The notes below the pieces were generated by a model that saw nothing but the letters and a program-made list of their open reading frames with translations, did no database searches and was not told the origin of the DNA. The translations under genes were made by a program, and so were the position numbers. Positions 9,526 to 18,321 of a stretch of 56,101 nt of DNA are shown in pieces. This stretch comes from Acidobacteriota bacterium (GTDB lineage Bacteria > Acidobacteriota > Polarisedimenticolia > JACPZX01 > DASXTC01): positions 1 through 56,101 of the forward strand of contig JAWPNA010000030.1 in assembly GCA_045402695.1 (NCBI GenBank). Direction: 5' to 3'. The first letter of the stretch is position 1. The number at the start of each line of letters is the position of its first letter.

Positions 9526-12500
9526 TCAGCGTTCCGCCTTCAGTGTCGGCAGCAGCGGCGCGCGCAGCGACGACCTGACGGCGATGAGGGTGGAGACCAG
9601 ACCCACGACGAGCACGGCCGCCAGCGTGGCGCCGACGGAGATCCAGGACGACCCGCTCGCGCCCGAGATGAAGCGCGGCGACACGGCGGCGAGCGCCGAG
9701 GCCGTGCCCGCGGTCATTCCGAAGCATAGAAGAAAGACGTTCTCCACGAACACCAGAGCGGTGAGCCGGGGCCGCGAGAAGCCGATAGCGCGCATCACCG
9801 CCAGCTCGCCGCGCCGCTCGATGGCGTTCCTGACCACCACGATCCCCAGGCCCAGGGTGCCGAGCAGCAGCCCCAGCCCTCCCAAGGCCTCGAAGGTCGA
9901 GAGGTAGGTGTTCTCCACCGCATGGAATGCGGAGATGCGGCTCGCCACGGTCTCGACGTCGAGCCCCTGCGCGCCGAGCGCGCTCTTAAGGACGCGCGCG
10001 ATCTCGCCGGCCAAAGAGGGCGGGGCGTCGATCAAGAATGCGGCGTACCCGCCGTGGCTCGGAAAGTGATCGAGGAGCGCCTTCTCCGGGATCAGGACCT
10101 CGCTCTGGAACGGACTGCCCGCGAGCAAGGCGACGAAACGCAGGCGCAGCGTCCGGCCGAACTCGTCCTGCACGACCAGGTCCTGTCCGAGACCCAGGTG
10201 GAGGATCCACTGCACGGAGTTGACGTCGCCGATGGCCGGGACCACTCCGGGCTCGATCTCCTGCCTCAGGAGTGTCCATGGGTTGTCAACGTCCGCGATC
10301 GCGCCGTGGAAGGCGAACCCGCCGCGCTCGATCTGCGCAGCGGCCACTCCGAGCAGGCGCGGGCGCTCGGGGCGGTACAGGTTCAGGCACGACACGTCGT
10401 CACCCGGCACGGTCCGGAAGGAGACGACCGTGGCCGCCCGCATCAGTGGCTCCGCCTCGCCGGGAAACCCCATCTCGGCCCGACCCGCCGCGGTGTTCAA
10501 GTCCTGGTGCAGCGGGATGTCCGACTCCGCCACGAGCGCGTAGCCTCCGGAGCCCGAGTGACGATCTTGCGGTCCAGCCTCCGCATCGCGGCGGCTCGCG
10601 GCCGTCATGACGATGATGAAGCAGGCGCAGGCGATCAACATGGCGCTGAGGATGCTCCGGCCCGGATTCCACGAGCAGTTCCTCACGGCCATCGCCGCGA
10701 AGGCGCTCCTGCCCGGCCTCACAAGACGGCGGCGTCCCGGGGCGCGGCACCAACGGGCGAAGAACGCCAGCGACGAGGCCAGGACCGAGGCGCCGATCCC
10801 GAAGGAAAGCGCCGGATCGGAGCTCCTCCCCGTGAGGACGGCGCCCAGGAAAAAGACGACCCCCGACGCGAGCCCGCCGAACGCGATCCAGGTCGAGATT
10901 TTTCCCGGCGCCCGCCCGCCGCCGGCCGCGACGTGACCCGAGAGAAGCAGCGGCACCGGGATCCTCTTGAGCCGGCCAAGCGCCCAGAAGATCGAGGCGA
11001 TGACGGTGGCAAGCGAGGACAGCGCCCCCGCCGCGAGACTGGCGGCGCTCACGTGGAGAAACAGATGCGAGGAGCCCGAGGCTCCTTTCCAGACCGTCCG
11101 CAGGCCGAGCATCAGCAGCCCCGCGTAGGCGACGCCCAGGGCCAGACCGAGTCCGGCGCCGGCCGCGGCGATGACCGATCCCTCGAGGAGGAAACGCCCA
11201 AGCACCGCGCGCACCCGGTAGCCGGAAGCGAGCAGGACGCCGATCTCGCGCGCTCTTGACTCCACGCCCAGGCGAAACAGCAGCCCGCACAGCAACACGG
11301 ACGAGATGATCAGGAAGAAGCTGAACGCCAGGAAGAGCGACCCGAAATCAGTGGCTCCCGCGGAGGCCCGCAGGCCCTCGTCCTTGACATCCCGGAAGCG
11401 CAGGCCGAACAGCTCGGGAGGAAGCTCGCGCTTGATTCCCGCGCTCAGGCGCCCCGCGAACTGCTGGAGGTCCGTCCCCGCGGGAGGCACGACGCGCAGC
11501 GCCGTGGTGTTCCCGTATCGGCTCGTCCAGAGGCGTCTCGCATCGACTTCCGACACGAACGCCTTGGGAGCGGCGCCGTACCGGTCCCAGTACTCCTCGT
11601 CGTGCGGGCGGATCCGGTTCAGCTCGACGGGGAAGGGCGGGTTCCACGAGGCGATGTCGGGCGCTCCCTTGATGCCGGGATAGTCAGGAGTGAGGGTTCG
11701 ATCCACCGCCAGCCCTCGCATCGCGGCGATTCCGCTCACGCGGAAAAGGGCGGTCCTGGTCAGAAGATCCTCCTTCTCGCCCACGACGAAGTAGGTCACG
11801 TCCACCTCGTCCCCCGCGACGGCGTGGAGATCCTGTGCCGCCCACGCATCGAGCAGAATCTCGCCTTCCTTCGGAGCGGGGGCCGGGCTTCCGTCCTCCA
11901 GCCACAGCCCGGAAAAGGGCGGACCCGCGTTGCTCACCGCGGTGATGGTGGAGTAGGGCACCGATCCTCGGCTCGAGCTCATCCGCACCGCGAGGTAGGT
12001 CAGCACGCGCTGCACGGAGGCTCCCATCGAAGCGGCCACCGACTCGACCCCCTCGGCCACCTCGGGCCTCAGGACGAACTCACGGCTCTCGATGGAGAGA
12101 TGATCGGGAGTGCGGGAGAGGAGGAGTCCCATGTCGTCCAGATCGAGAGCCTGCGTGACCTTGAGGGCGACGTCGGATGCGGGAGAAGCGCCGCCCGCCG
12201 CCAGAAGGGCGTTGATCCTCCCCTCCCGGCGCAGCGCGCGCTGCAGATCGGACAGGGAGAGGTAGGCGTTACGCGGCCGCGCCTGCCGCGCCGAGAGATC
12301 GAACAAGCCTGGCCCTTCGTCTGGAATGACGCCGGCCAGCCGGCATCGCATGGTGGCCACGACGTTCTCGAGGTCGCGCCGGCCCAGCAGGCTGTCGGGT
12401 GGCGCATCACTCGCGCGCGGGAACGACAGCAGGATCGGATCGCCCTCCGATGCGCCCAGCTCCCGCGCCAGCGAGCCGTTGAGGAACACCCGAGGCTCGC

Positions 12501-12900
12501 CCCGGGCCGGCTCGCGCGAGAGAGTCAGGCCCGCGGCAGCCGCGGCGGGAGGGTACAGAGCCGCGAACCTGCCGTCCACGCCGAGGATGTTGATCTTCCC
12601 CGCGCGGGCGCGCGAGGCGGCGTGCACCGCGGCGCCCTTCAGGATGATGGCCGGCGCGGTAGCCGCCTCCGATCCCGCGGAGCCGGGGCCATCAAGTGCC
12701 TCGACGAGCGACTCGCGGAGGTAGCGCGTGGAGACCAGCGCCCGATCGATTGACCCCAGCCGATCCAGCGTCAGGTCCGCGAGGCTCCCACGCACCGAAT
12801 CGCCCACCAGCAGAGCCCCGGTGAGCACGGCGCAGGTCGTGGCCGCTCCCAGTGCCACGGCCATGTTGATCCACCGGTAATAGGTCAGACTTCGGAGCAA
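9526..12900 (-). CDS. Very large ABC transporter permease with two FtsX domains (MacB/LolCE type)
   Basis: Two FtsX-type 4-TM modules are present (FLAFSFFLIISSVLL...REIGVLLASGYR...; LGLGIVVVRNAIERRGELAVMRAIGFSRPRL...), separated by large extracytoplasmic regions. The start is uncertain. I favour TTG at 12900 (LLRSLTYYRW...) or ATG at 12864, because the ORF start at 13062 would overlap the upstream ATPase by 178 nt. Confidence 0.85.
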   Translation of the reverse strand: MLRSLTYYRWINMAVALGAATTCAVLTGALLVGDSVRGSLADLTLDRLGSIDRALVSTRYLRESLVEALDGPGSAGSEAATAPAIILKGAAVHAASRARAGKINILGVDGRFAALYPPAAAAAGLTLSREPARGEPRVFLNGSLARELGASEGDPILLSFPRASDAPPDSLLGRRDLENVVATMRCRLAGVIPDEGPGLFDLSARQARPRNAYLSLSDLQRALRREGRINALLAAGGASPASDVALKVTQALDLDDMGLLLSRTPDHLSIESREFVLRPEVAEGVESVAASMGASVQRVLTYLAVRMSSSRGSVPYSTITAVSNAGPPFSGLWLEDGSPAPAPKEGEILLDAWAAQDLHAVAGDEVDVTYFVVGEKEDLLTRTALFRVSGIAAMRGLAVDRTLTPDYPGIKGAPDIASWNPPFPVELNRIRPHDEEYWDRYGAAPKAFVSEVDARRLWTSRYGNTTALRVVPPAGTDLQQFAGRLSAGIKRELPPELFGLRFRDVKDEGLRASAGATDFGSLFLAFSFFLIISSVLLCGLLFRLGVESRAREIGVLLASGYRVRAVLGRFLLEGSVIAAAGAGLGLALGVAYAGLLMLGLRTVWKGASGSSHLFLHVSAASLAAGALSSLATVIASIFWALGRLKRIPVPLLLSGHVAAGGGRAPGKISTWIAFGGLASGVVFFLGAVLTGRSSDPALSFGIGASVLASSLAFFARWCRAPGRRRLVRPGRSAFAAMAVRNCSWNPGRSILSAMLIACACFIIVMTAASRRDAEAGPQDRHSGSGGYALVAESDIPLHQDLNTAAGRAEMGFPGEAEPLMRAATVVSFRTVPGDDVSCLNLYRPERPRLLGVAAAQIERGGFAFHGAIADVDNPWTLLRQEIEPGVVPAIGDVNSVQWILHLGLGQDLVVQDEFGRTLRLRFVALLAGSPFQSEVLIPEKALLDHFPSHGGYAAFLIDAPPSLAGEIARVLKSALGAQGLDVETVASRISAFHAVENTYLSTFEALGGLGLLLGTLGLGIVVVRNAIERRGELAVMRAIGFSRPRLTALVFVENVFLLCFGMTAGTASALAAVSPRFISGASGSSWISVGATLAAVLVVGLVSTLIAVRSSLRAPLLPTLKAER

Positions 12901-13568
12901 ACGCCCTCCGACAGCTTGAGCCGGCGCTCGAACATGGCGGCCAGCTCGAGACCATGCGTGACGGCGATCAGGATGTTGCGTTCGCGCCGGTGCTGGTCGA
13001 ACAGCATCGCGGCCACGCCGGCGGCCGAGGTCGCGTCGAGGTTGCCGGTCGGCTCGTCGCACAGCAGCAGGCCGGGGCCATTGACGAGCGCGCGGGCCAC
13101 CGCCGCGCGCTGCCTCTCGCCTCCGGAGAGCTCCGCGGGCCGATGAGCCAGACGTCCCGACAGGCCGACGCGCTCGATCAGCTCAACGGCCCTGCGCTCG
13201 GCCGCTGCGCCACCCTTGCCCAGAGCCATCGCGGGCAGCAGGACGTTCTCGAGCACCGAGTACTGCGGCAGCAGATGATGGTCCTGGAACACGAACCCGA
13301 TGGCGCGGTTGCGGAACACCGCCAACTCCGGCTCGGGCAGGATGTGAGGCATTCGCCCGCCGATCTCGATCGTGCCCGAGGTGGGCGCGTCGAGCGTCCC
13401 GATGAGGTGCAGCAGCGTGCTCTTGCCCGCGCCCGAAGGCCCCACGATCGCCAGCGATTGGCCAGCCTGCATGCGGAACGAGATCCCCCGGAGCACCTCG
13501 ATCGTGTCGGGGCCCAGCCGGTAGCTCTTGTGGAGGTCCGCTACGACCAGGGAGATCGAATTTGTCAT
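12885..13568 (-). CDS. ABC transporter ATP-binding protein (LolD/MacB-ATPase-like)
   Basis: Walker A GPSGAGKST, ABC signature LSGGERQR and Walker B LLLCDEPT are all present. ATG at 13568. Confidence 0.95.
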   Translation of the reverse strand: MTNSISLVVADLHKSYRLGPDTIEVLRGISFRMQAGQSLAIVGPSGAGKSTLLHLIGTLDAPTSGTIEIGGRMPHILPEPELAVFRNRAIGFVFQDHHLLPQYSVLENVLLPAMALGKGGAAAERRAVELIERVGLSGRLAHRPAELSGGERQRAAVARALVNGPGLLLCDEPTGNLDATSAAGVAAMLFDQHRRERNILIAVTHGLELAAMFERRLKLSEGVCSEV

Positions 13569-13577
13569 TCCGCGCGT

Positions 13578-13994
13578 CTACCGCGGCGCCGGCTCGATCC
13601 GGCGGGCGAGATCGCCCGGGATCGGGATCGACTCGAATCCGCCCCCGGGTGTTCTGGTGCAGCACACCGACGTCGTCCGCCCTCTGGCCAGCTCGGTTTC
13701 GCCCCTGCGCAGGGTGAACCCGTAAGTGATCGTACTCCGCGTCACCTTGAGGACCTTCAGGTGGACCTCGATCTCCTCGCCGTAGCGCGCCGAGGCTAGA
13801 TACTCGCAGGAGACATCCACCTTGGGCCAGCCGCCGGGCCTTCCCTCGTGCTCGAAGGTGAACCCCCAGCCCAGCGACCTCAGGAATTCGTCCTCGGCCG
13901 TCTCCATGAAGATGAAGTAGCGGCTGAAGTGCACGACCCCCCCCGCGTCGGTGTCGGAGAACTCGATGCGGCGCTTCGCAATCAGCTCGTGCAT
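13578..13994 (-). CDS. Acyl-CoA/acyl-ACP thioesterase, hotdog fold (4HBT/YbgC family)
   Basis: The segment EFSDTDAGGVVHFSRYFIFMETAEDEFL is typical of the YbgC/4HBT family. ATG at 13994 is preceded by GGGAGG immediately after the upstream stop. The longer ORF start at 14036 was rejected. Confidence 0.8.
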   Translation of the reverse strand: MHELIAKRRIEFSDTDAGGVVHFSRYFIFMETAEDEFLRSLGWGFTFEHEGRPGGWPKVDVSCEYLASARYGEEIEVHLKVLKVTRSTITYGFTLRRGETELARGRTTSVCCTRTPGGGFESIPIPGDLARRIEPAPR

Positions 13995-14004
13995 ACGCCT
14001 CCCA

Positions 14005-15324
14005 TCAGGCCGGCTCCTCCGGAGACAGGGCCTCAAGGTACACCTTCAAGGTCTCCTCCGCCATCACGACGTCGGAATAGAAGCGCCTCACCGCCGCCCG
14101 GCCGTTTTCGCCCAGGGCCCGGCGGCGGGCGGGATCGTCCATCAGACTCAAGAGCGCCTCCGCCAGGCCAGTAGCCGACCCGGGCGGAAACATCACCCCG
14201 CCGGCCGTCTTTTCCAGAATCTCCGGGAAGGAGCCGTGGCGAGGCAGAGCGGCGGGCACGCCGTTGGCGAGCGCCTCGAGGACCGACAATCCCTTCGACT
14301 CGCGGTAGATCGTGGGCACGCACAGCACGTCGAGCCCGTTGAGGAACCTGATTTTCTCGGCGCGGTCCACCTCGCCCAGGTAGGTGACGCTCCCGGCCAG
14401 TCCCAAGGACGCGATCCGCCGCGTCACCTGTGTGAAGTAGGCGCGATCGCGTGGGCCCAGGTACCCAGCGACCTTCAGCGATACGCGGTCGGCTCCCACC
14501 CGTCGCGCGAGAAGGTGGAACCCCTCAGCCAGAAGGTGCAGTCCCTTCTCGGGGCAGATGCGCGCCAGGTAACCGATGACGAACGGGCCGGTCGTCCGCT
14601 CGTTCACGCGCTCATCCCGCGCCGCATCACCGTGCCCGCGAAGGTTCAATCCGAGGGGCACGGTCCGCATCTTTCGTTCGGGCAGGGCCAGCATCTCGCG
14701 CATCCGTTCGCCGTACTCGCGGCTGGTGGCGATGAACAGGTCGGCGTCCTTCGCCTTGGCCCGCATCATGTGGAGCACTCTCTCGCGCCAGGGCTCGCGC
14801 AGCCCCTCCAGGAACAGGTCCTCTCCCTGAACGGAGCAGATCACGGGCACCCCCAGCTCGCGCTTCATCGGCCCGGCCAGCCCGAGAAACATCGAGTTGG
14901 TGAGGTGGACGATCTCCGGCTTGAAATCATCCCGAAGCCACCAGACCAGCCGCTGCAGCTCCTTGCGCTGCCCTCCCTCCTCGCCGGACAGCACAGATAA
15001 GGTCAGTCCGCCGAGATCGGCGGCACTGGTGGAGGAGCCGAGGCGCGACGCGAGCGCCAGAAGCCACGGGTGGTCGAGCAGGCGGTCGAGCATCCGGGGG
15101 GTGTGCGAGAGCAACGGTACCCTGTTTTGCAGGTAGATGTTCACCGCGCCGTAAAACACGCGCCCCAGGCTGACGTTTTCCTCGTCCGTCCGAATCGGAG
15201 TGTAGGTGGGGATCAGGACGATGTCATGGCCGAGCTTGCGAATGGCCGCCGCCAGCGTGTTGTCGTGCACGCAGCTTCCGCACAGCATGCCGGCGGCGCC
15301 GGCGGAGACATAGGCGATCTTCAT
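14005..15324 (-). CDS. Glycosyltransferase, GT-B fold (GT4/GT1-like)
   Basis: The C-terminal donor-binding motif is present: ESKGLSVLEALANGVPAALPRHGSFPEIL (E-x7-E type). The N-terminus MKIAYVSAGAAGMLCGSCVHDN carries a CxxC motif. Its ATG (15324-15322) overlaps the symporter stop (ATGA). Confidence 0.85.
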   Translation of the reverse strand: MKIAYVSAGAAGMLCGSCVHDNTLAAAIRKLGHDIVLIPTYTPIRTDEENVSLGRVFYGAVNIYLQNRVPLLSHTPRMLDRLLDHPWLLALASRLGSSTSAADLGGLTLSVLSGEEGGQRKELQRLVWWLRDDFKPEIVHLTNSMFLGLAGPMKRELGVPVICSVQGEDLFLEGLREPWRERVLHMMRAKAKDADLFIATSREYGERMREMLALPERKMRTVPLGLNLRGHGDAARDERVNERTTGPFVIGYLARICPEKGLHLLAEGFHLLARRVGADRVSLKVAGYLGPRDRAYFTQVTRRIASLGLAGSVTYLGEVDRAEKIRFLNGLDVLCVPTIYRESKGLSVLEALANGVPAALPRHGSFPEILEKTAGGVMFPPGSATGLAEALLSLMDDPARRRALGENGRAAVRRFYSDVVMAEETLKVYLEALSPEEPA

Positions 15325-16784
15325 CTGCGGGGGAAGAACCGCTCCAGCACTTCTTCGCCGGGCGGCCTGGTGATCAACGAGACGAGCACCATGGCGGCGG
15401 TGGAGGCGGCAAGGATGACCCCGACCGGCATGACGCCCGTCTGACCCACGGTGTAGTCGGGGTTGTCGCCGGCCACGAGGAAGAAGTAGGTCCAGAGGAT
15501 TGCCACCGTGACGACACTTGCGATGGCGCCGTGCTTCGTGCTTCGCTTCCAGAACAGCGCCGAGACGACGATCGGGAACAGCGCGGCGAATCCGGTGAAG
15601 GCCCAGATGCCTAGCTTGAAGATGCTGCGCGTGGTGACGAGTGACAGAAAAAAGGTGATGACCAGGATCACTGCGACGAATGTCCGCCCGACCATCAGCT
15701 CCTGCTTCTCGCTCATGAGGTCATGGAAGCTGTAGCGCCTCACGACGTCGTGCGTGAACATCGTGCCCAGTGACAGCACCTGCGAGTCCAGCGAGTTCAT
15801 GCACGTGGAGAACACGCCCGCGGCGAGAAGTCCCGCGAGAAACCCCGGCGCGTGCAAAGTGATCAGCTTGAGGATGACCGTGTTGGCGGCGGCCGGCGGC
15901 AGCCCGGGGAAGTCGGCCGCGGCCAGGATCCCCAGAAGCACGCTGGGCACCCAGACGAAGGCGATGCAGACCGGGTAGAGCGAGATAGTGTAGCGGAAGT
16001 AGGCGGCGCGCTGGGCCGTGAGCCAGTGGATGAACAGGTGCGGAAACATCCCGGCCGAAAGCGGGATGCAGGTGTAGGTGAGAAGCTCCAGCTTCTTGAT
16101 CCTGCCGCCGCGGATCAGGAGATCGGGATGGCTCTGCGTGACCCGGGCCAGGGCGTTGTCGAGGCCGCCGAGCTGACGGACGACCACGGCCAGCGTGAGG
16201 GCGCCGAAGACCATGAAGACCAGGGTCTGGAAGGTGTTGACCCATGCGGTGCCGCGCATCCCTCCGTACATGACGTAGACCAGCACGACGCCACAGATGA
16301 TCAGGTTGCCCACCCACTCGGGGATCTCTCCGGCGGTGACCTGGTTGACCGTGATCCCTCCCGCCATCATCCCGATGAGGACGTACGGGATCAGTAGCAA
16401 GGTCAAGACAAAGAAGAGCAGGAGCCCCAGGAGTCCCGAACCCCATCGATCACGGAAATACTGAGCCTGCGTGACGTATCCGTACCGCTTGCCCAGGGAC
16501 CACAGCCTCGTCCCCACGAAGTAAAAAACCGCCGGGATGACGAGCGCGGAGGAGGAGGCCATCAGACCGAACACCCCGATGCCGCGATGGTAGGCCTCTC
16601 CCGAGGCGCCCAGAAGTGAGAAGGCCGTCATGTTGGTCCCGAACAGCGACATCAGCAGGACGAACGGCCCGATGGTGCGGGTCGCGACGAAGAAATCCTC
16701 ACCGGTGCCGCGAAACAGCTTGTGGCTCGCCAATCCGATGACCAGCACCAGGATGATGTAGACGAGCAGGACGGCCAGGATCAT
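15321..16784 (-). CDS. Sodium:solute symporter (SSS family)
   Basis: Multi-TM protein. The segment GEDFFVATRTIGPFVLLMSLFGTNMTAFSLLG is typical of the SSS family. I place the start at MILAVLLVYI (ATG 16784), overlapping the DUF3311 stop (ATGA). The 30-aa N-terminal extension of the ORF was rejected. Confidence 0.85.
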   Translation of the reverse strand: MILAVLLVYIILVLVIGLASHKLFRGTGEDFFVATRTIGPFVLLMSLFGTNMTAFSLLGASGEAYHRGIGVFGLMASSSALVIPAVFYFVGTRLWSLGKRYGYVTQAQYFRDRWGSGLLGLLLFFVLTLLLIPYVLIGMMAGGITVNQVTAGEIPEWVGNLIICGVVLVYVMYGGMRGTAWVNTFQTLVFMVFGALTLAVVVRQLGGLDNALARVTQSHPDLLIRGGRIKKLELLTYTCIPLSAGMFPHLFIHWLTAQRAAYFRYTISLYPVCIAFVWVPSVLLGILAAADFPGLPPAAANTVILKLITLHAPGFLAGLLAAGVFSTCMNSLDSQVLSLGTMFTHDVVRRYSFHDLMSEKQELMVGRTFVAVILVITFFLSLVTTRSIFKLGIWAFTGFAALFPIVVSALFWKRSTKHGAIASVVTVAILWTYFFLVAGDNPDYTVGQTGVMPVGVILAASTAAMVLVSLITRPPGEEVLERFFPRR

Positions 16785-17011
16785 CGGCGCTCCTGGTCCC
16801 GCGGCTCGACCTCCAGATGCGCGGGCCAGGCATACGTCACCAGGAGCCACATCACGACGGTGGCAGCTATACAAAACGCCGCGTGGTAGGTCAGCCCCAC
16901 GGGAAGTCCAAGGACCATGCGCGGATCATCCCAGAGCCAGAAGTCGTTGTGAAGGACGTAAAGGACAGGCAGCCCTGTCCAGGCGAGCACGCGCAGCAAG
17001 GTCTTGTTCAA
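16781..17011 (-). CDS. Small two-TM membrane protein, DUF3311-like accessory subunit of SSS symporters
   Basis: The sequence is LNKTLLRVLAWTGLPVLYVLHNDFWLWDDPRMVLGLPVGLTYHAAFCIAATVVMWLLV. The TTG start at 17011 overlaps the upstream stop (TTGA). Its position directly upstream of an SSS gene is the usual DUF3311 context. Confidence 0.6.
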   Translation of the reverse strand: MNKTLLRVLAWTGLPVLYVLHNDFWLWDDPRMVLGLPVGLTYHAAFCIAATVVMWLLVTYAWPAHLEVEPRDQERR

Positions 17012-18321
17012 CGAGAGGACTCGGAAAGCGAAAGAGGCCGGTAGCCCGGAAGGTTGAGCATCGTATCCATGCTCGCGTACAGACCGTCGGTCGGGTGCCG
17101 GAACACGTTGCCGCTGAGGACGTGGGTCAGGTCGCGCCGGCACTGTGGATGGCGCTCGAGGAAGTGCTTGAAGTGGAACTCAGGGGCGTAGAAGGCGTAT
17201 ACGAGATGGCGTAGCGCTTCCATGCCTTCCACGAAACGCGGCCCGTGCCTGCCCAGCCGCGCGCCGGAGAAATCACCCGCCAAAAACGCCTCTCCGATGG
17301 CATCCGCGGTGAACTCGGCGCCCTTGAGCGCCAGCAGGACACCCGAGGAGTAGATCGGATCCAGAAAGCCGAAGGCGTCCCCCACGAGCACCCAGCCGTC
17401 ACCGGCGATTCGCTGGGAAATGTAGGAGAAATCCCTCAGGACCCTCATCCAGCCCACCTGCCGCGCGTTGGTCAGGCGGGGCTGCAGGGCCGGGCATCGC
17501 GCGACCTCTTCGTCGAGGATCTTTTGCGGATCTCCCGAGCGCCCTTTGATCAGATAGTCCATCAACCCCACGACGCCGACGCTGACGACGTCTCCGGCCA
17601 GCGGGATGTACCAGAACCACGCCTGCTCGTTGTCCGTGTGCAAGACGAGCGTGGCGCCTTCATCCCTTCCTTTGTCCCTGAGGGCGCCCTTGTAACGAGT
17701 GAACACGGCGGCGTTTTTCAGCTTCGAGTCGAACTGCTGCAGCTTCAACGTCTTCGCCAGCAGCGCAGCCTGGCCGGTTGCGTCCACAACCACCTTCGCA
17801 CGCGCCTCGGAGAGGCCGGCGCCTGGGATGTCCGCCCGCACGCCCACGGCACGGCCGCCCTCGAAGAGGACCTCCTGTACGGCGGCCCCCTGGCGGACAT
17901 CGACACCGGATTCGGCGGCGTGATCGAGCATGAGCTGGTCGAACTCGCCGCGATCCACTTGCCAGGTGCTCGACGATTCGTGCGGATCAGCATCCGAGAA
18001 GTAGAAGGGAACCGTCGGCCTGCCGTCCTTGATGAAGAACTGAACGCTGTGCTTTCGCGTGAAGTGGCTGGCCTTCAGTTTGTCCAGGATCCCCAGCCTC
18101 AGAAACGTCCAGTAGGTGGCCGGCATGAACGACTCGCCGATGCGGAACCGGGGAAACGTCTCCTTCTCCAGGAGCAGCACGCTCCTGCCCTGCTTCGCGA
18201 CCAGCGTGGCGGTGGCGGAGCCCGCCGGACCGCCGCCGATCACGATCACATCGACGCTGTTTGGTTTCTGCACCGGATGTCGCTCCACGCTCGGATCAGA
18301 ACTTGTATTGCGCGCCCGCAT
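17008..18321 (-). CDS. FAD-dependent oxidoreductase carrying both flavin-dependent-halogenase signature motifs
   Basis: Three motifs are present: GxGxxG (VIGGGPAGS), WxWxIP (WFWYIP, nt 17602-17619) and FxxPxxSxG (FLDPIYSSG, within 17341-17373). The start is either ATG 18321 (26-nt overlap with the TBDR gene) or GTG 18288. Confidence 0.8.
   Translation of the reverse strand: MRARNTSSDPSVERHPVQKPNSVDVIVIGGGPAGSATATLVAKQGRSVLLLEKETFPRFRIGESFMPATYWTFLRLGILDKLKASHFTRKHSVQFFIKDGRPTVPFYFSDADPHESSSTWQVDRGEFDQLMLDHAAESGVDVRQGAAVQEVLFEGGRAVGVRADIPGAGLSEARAKVVVDATGQAALLAKTLKLQQFDSKLKNAAVFTRYKGALRDKGRDEGATLVLHTDNEQAWFWYIPLAGDVVSVGVVGLMDYLIKGRSGDPQKILDEEVARCPALQPRLTNARQVGWMRVLRDFSYISQRIAGDGWVLVGDAFGFLDPIYSSGVLLALKGAEFTADAIGEAFLAGDFSGARLGRHGPRFVEGMEALRHLVYAFYAPEFHFKHFLERHPQCRRDLTHVLSGNVFRHPTDGLYASMDTMLNLPGYRPLSLSESSR

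Noticed and set aside
12901-13062. N-terminal extensions of several track ORFs (permease to 13062, thioesterase to 14036, symporter to 16874, ALDH to 26995, P5 from 32590, DUF1579 protein from 34734, membrane protein to 32660)
   Set aside because: The extensions are Arg/Pro-rich and overlap the upstream gene. They also precede an internal start that either has a good RBS or forms an ATGA/TGATG-type coupling junction with the upstream stop. Signal peptides become N-terminal only with the shorter starts.
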